Assembly: GCA_022605425.2 (NCBI GenBank)
Contig: CM061249.1
Span: 868,001-932,000, forward strand
Direction of reading: 5' to 3'
DNA length: 64,000 bases
Origin: Hamiltosporidium tvaerminnensis FI-OER-3-3
Lineage: Eukaryota > Fungi > Microsporidia
The notes beneath the pieces are model-generated. The model was not told the origin of the DNA, did not search any database, and worked only from the letters and a program-made list of their open reading frames with translations. Shown piece by piece: positions 61,223 through 64,000 of this stretch (positions are counted from its first letter, which is position 1; each line of letters begins with the position of its first letter). The position numbers were made by a program, and so were the translations under genes.

Positions 61223-62790
61223 AATAGAAGATTACAGAGGAATCCAAACACGTAACTTCTTTGAAGAAGTACAGAGCAAACTTATATCAAGAGTTGAAAG
61301 ACTTTGTCATACTAGATTAAACGCAAAAAATTTATTTTCTGCAATCAATCAACATGCGATATCGTTAATCAACTATCACATAGGAGTACTTCGACACAAC
61401 CGGATGACTTCTCTAAGTTAGATGATGCAGTGCGTGCGGTGTTGGTGAAGAATAAGATACATCTCCGCCCAGGATGTAAAGAGCGTTTATACCTTCCTAG
61501 AGCAGAACTTGGAAGAGGCTTAAATAGTGTTGAGTTGCGAAGCGAACATATGCTTCTGCAACTCTTGGATTGTCTGGAAATATGTAAAGAAATATCAACT
61601 AGACGAGCAGCAATCCTTAAGGTGGAGAATAATAAAACCCATCTTGGACTAATAAAAGGCTTCTTAAAAGTAAAGTACAGGTTGGTAGAAGAAGTCACTA
61701 AGAAAAGTTTAGAAGAAGCTCAACTTGCAAAACTATATAACGAAATAGAAAAACGAAAACTCCATTCAAAGTTATATAATGCAAGAAAAAAATGAGCTTG
61801 CAAGTGTTAGTGACTCTTCAAGATGGCTAAAGAGAGGAAATATTAGGCCACGAAATAATGCGTTTTGTTATATCCAGGATAGAAATGTATTCTGGAGAAC
61901 AGATGGTATGTGTCAACATTCGGGAAGTCTGGTAAGACTGTAGATCATCTAGCAACTCGATGTGAAAAAATGCTAGGCCATGATTGCACTAGACGGCATA
62001 ATGAAGTGTTTGATGCTTACACCTACTTCTTCTAAATAGATATAAGTTTAAGTCTTCAAAACGAATAAAGAGCCACTCAGTTCAAGAAATTCTTGATAAA
62101 GAATATGCAGAGATAAGAGTGGACACTAGAATAAAAACTGATGTTAAAATTGGGAATAACAGACCCGACATATTTATTTTAGATAAGAAGAAGAATAAAA
62201 TAACACTCACTGAAGTAGGAATTACTTCCCAAGATTCACTTCAAATAGTTGAAACTGAAAAACTTAGAAAGTATGACCTGCTAGCCAATGAGTTGGGCCT
62301 TATTTATAAGTGTAGTGTTGAGATAATCCCTTATGTTATGACCTGGGACGGTATTGTGACAAAATACCATAAATCTCATCTTAAAAGACTAGAAATACCC
62401 ATGAATGTAGAGGCATACATTCAGTCTATATTATTTAAGAAGACAGTCAAAACAATTTCCTTTGATCGACGAAGAGAGCTTGAGTCAAGACTAAATGCCG
62501 AAGAGAGCTGGGAGAGAGCGTCAGTGGATGTTATTATGAGAGCAGAGATGCATGAGGAACCAACACTTTTTTTAAAAGAAGAAAAGAGAGAGGAAGATGG
62601 TGCAAAAAAATTTCTAAGCGAAAAATAAAGCACCCCTTATTTCACAAGAAGGAACCACTTTAGAGGAACCGACCAATCACATAAATGAAGAGTCGGATTT
62701 GAAAGAAGCGACAGTGGTGGTAAAAGAGGTAGAAGAAAACATATAAAAATGTCAAAAATATTTTAACCCATAATTTTATTAAATAAAATA
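61223..62790 (+). mobile_element. 5'-truncated decayed retrotransposon (copy E)
   Basis: Same 5' junction and lesions as copy C; has its own 3' flank abutting repeat copy S6. Confidence 0.95.
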
Positions 62791-62801
62791 AATATTGAAA
62801 A

Positions 62802-63529
62802 ACTTTATTTAAAAGTATCCCATCTTTTTAAAATAGTGGCAAGTGTTATATTTGTTTTCATGGCATTAACGCAGTTCGAGGTTTAACATAAATAACTATT
62901 CTTTAATATCTCATCGGTACCCCTTGCGATACCTACGTCCCAAAGCCTTTCATCTACCGGGTGTGTAGAACCTAATTACTAGGCGAGGCAGTTGCCCAGA
63001 GTGGTTAATATCAGTTGCATGGAGTGTGATCGAAGGCCAAAGCCCCCCTTGGCTCCCCCGAGACTATGCAGAATTCCCACTTACTCTACACTTTCTGAAC
63101 CCAATAAACTTCTAGCTACGATAAATTTCAGAGACTTACATGGGGTCCACCTAGACAGTGCAATGTCATACCAATATATATAAAATTTCATCTAGCTCGC
63201 CCGGCTTTTAATGGTTTTTATTTTTATATCTCCCAGGCGCTAAGTCTTCTAACCCGAGTGAGCAAGGATAGGTTTCCATGTTTTTACATAGAAATTACCT
63301 ACATGTTCAGCTGCAGTCTGCAATCTGGGTACATAAAAAACTACAAATAAATTCGTAGAAAAAGTTTTTCCATTTCTTAAACCTCTCCTCTTCATAACAA
63401 CAACCATAGAACAACCGAAGGTGTAGCTTGGTTGTATTCCCACTAAAAATCCAAACAATGATCTTCACACCAGATTCACACACTCATTGCCAAGCAGAAA
63501 GTTTTTTATGTGGTTATCCTACCTCCACT
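62802..63529 (-). mobile_element. Structured repeat family, copy S6 (young, full length)
   Basis: Reverse complement aligns end to end with 40038-40768 (AGTGGAGG.AGGATAACCACATAAAAAACTTTCTGCTT ... GATACTTT.AAATAAAG). Confidence 0.88.
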
Positions 63530-64000
63530 AATTTTACTTTAAATATTAAGAATATAAATTATAAGATCTTAGGTCATAAGTAATATAAATCATTATTTCG
63601 ACGAATTTACTTTAAATATTAAGAATATAATTATAATATATTAGTTAATAAGTAATATAAATCATTATTAAGACTTATTTTTATATATAATTCATTAATA
63701 CTAGAGATATAGAAGAATAAAGATATAAGAGAATATAAGAATATTAAGAAGAATATAAGAATAATAATACTAGAGATATGGAAGAACAGAAATAGTAAAA
63801 TATTAGAATAAAGATATAAGAGAATATAAGAATATTAAGAAGAATATAAGAATAATAATACTAGAGATATGGAAGAACAGAAATAGTAAAATACTAGAAT
63901 AATGATATAAGAGGATATAAGAATATTAAGAAGAATATAAGAATAATAATACTTGAGATATGGAAGAACAGAAATAGTAAAATACTAGAATAATGATATA
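63530..64000. repeat. Two adjacent tandem arrays (~74 bp x2, then ~91 bp x3+, running off the window)
   Basis: TTTACTTTAAATATTAAGAATATAAATTATAA twice; GAGATATGGAAGAACAGAAATAGTAAAATA.TAGAATAA.GATATAAG reiterated. Confidence 0.92.

Larger units (their letters stand above)
46360..62700 (+). repeat. Tandem segmental duplication, ~8.17-kb unit x2 (spacer + RhoGAP + full element + truncated element)
   Basis: RhoGAP starts (47912, 56079) and element starts (49169, 57336) are both offset by 8167 bp; spacers 46440-47911 and 54605-56078 align; truncated copies share the same 5' junction (53043, 61223). Confidence 0.95.

Noticed and set aside
45026-62633. Recurrent antisense ORFs (MTSSTNLYF..., MFSFTSLTT...) and other short ORFs overlapping real genes
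   Set aside because: Shadow frames of the coding strand; they recur only because the element is repeated.
62992-63458. Short ORFs inside the repeat (62992-63183, 63249-63458)
   Set aside because: Non-ATG starts, no recognisable motifs, and not maintained in the diverged copies.
62802-63529. Repeat family as a group I intron or a known small ribozyme (hammerhead, HDV, twister)
   Set aside because: GAGACTA and AAGATATA resemble group I R/S elements, but the TAGTC needed for P7 is absent. No conserved CTGAnGA+GAAA core. GGGCAAC..TGGGAC lacks the HDV P2 partner. TAACAC.TGCC and GTGGAGGG echo twister, but the P4/L4 core is missing.
62834-63530. TAGTGG...CCACTA as hAT-type terminal inverted repeats (MITE)
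   Set aside because: Only 5-6 bp long; homology between copies continues ~35 bp beyond CCACT; the TSD at S5 is 15 bp and lies outside that extension.
1-64000. rRNA, tRNA or spliceosomal introns
   Set aside because: None recognised by eye; RPS9 and RPL21 read uninterrupted from their ATGs. A tRNAscan-SE/Infernal run would be needed to exclude small RNAs.

Overview
Very AT-rich eukaryotic DNA, most likely from a large-genome microsporidian such as Hamiltosporidium. This is an inference from the compact intron-less genes with CCC motifs just before the ATG, a class I PITP and LRR-family genes. Housekeeping islands (choline/ethanolamine kinase, probable Pol III subunit C31, Brl1/Brr6, head-to-head RPS9/RPL21, PITP) are separated by long gene-poor DNA. 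That DNA holds accessory genes: an LRR protein, a frameshifted LRR-like gene and a kinase with a probable signal peptide and C-terminal TM helix. The right third is a nest of single-ORF, restriction-like-endonuclease (R4/Dong-like) non-LTR retrotransposons, with seven copies or fragments in the window. It includes an ~8.2-kb tandem duplication of [spacer-RhoGAP-full element-truncated element] whose crossover maps to ~20 bp. The most unusual signal is invisible in the ORF track: a dispersed ~720-bp non-coding family with six copies. Its hairpins are kept across diverged copies through G-U substitutions, its ends can pair, it ends in AATAAA, and one copy has a 15-bp target-site duplication. I read it as a candidate new structured-RNA retroposon (SINE-like) that may be mobilised by the resident retrotransposon. 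All alignments were done by eye, so boundaries are approximate.
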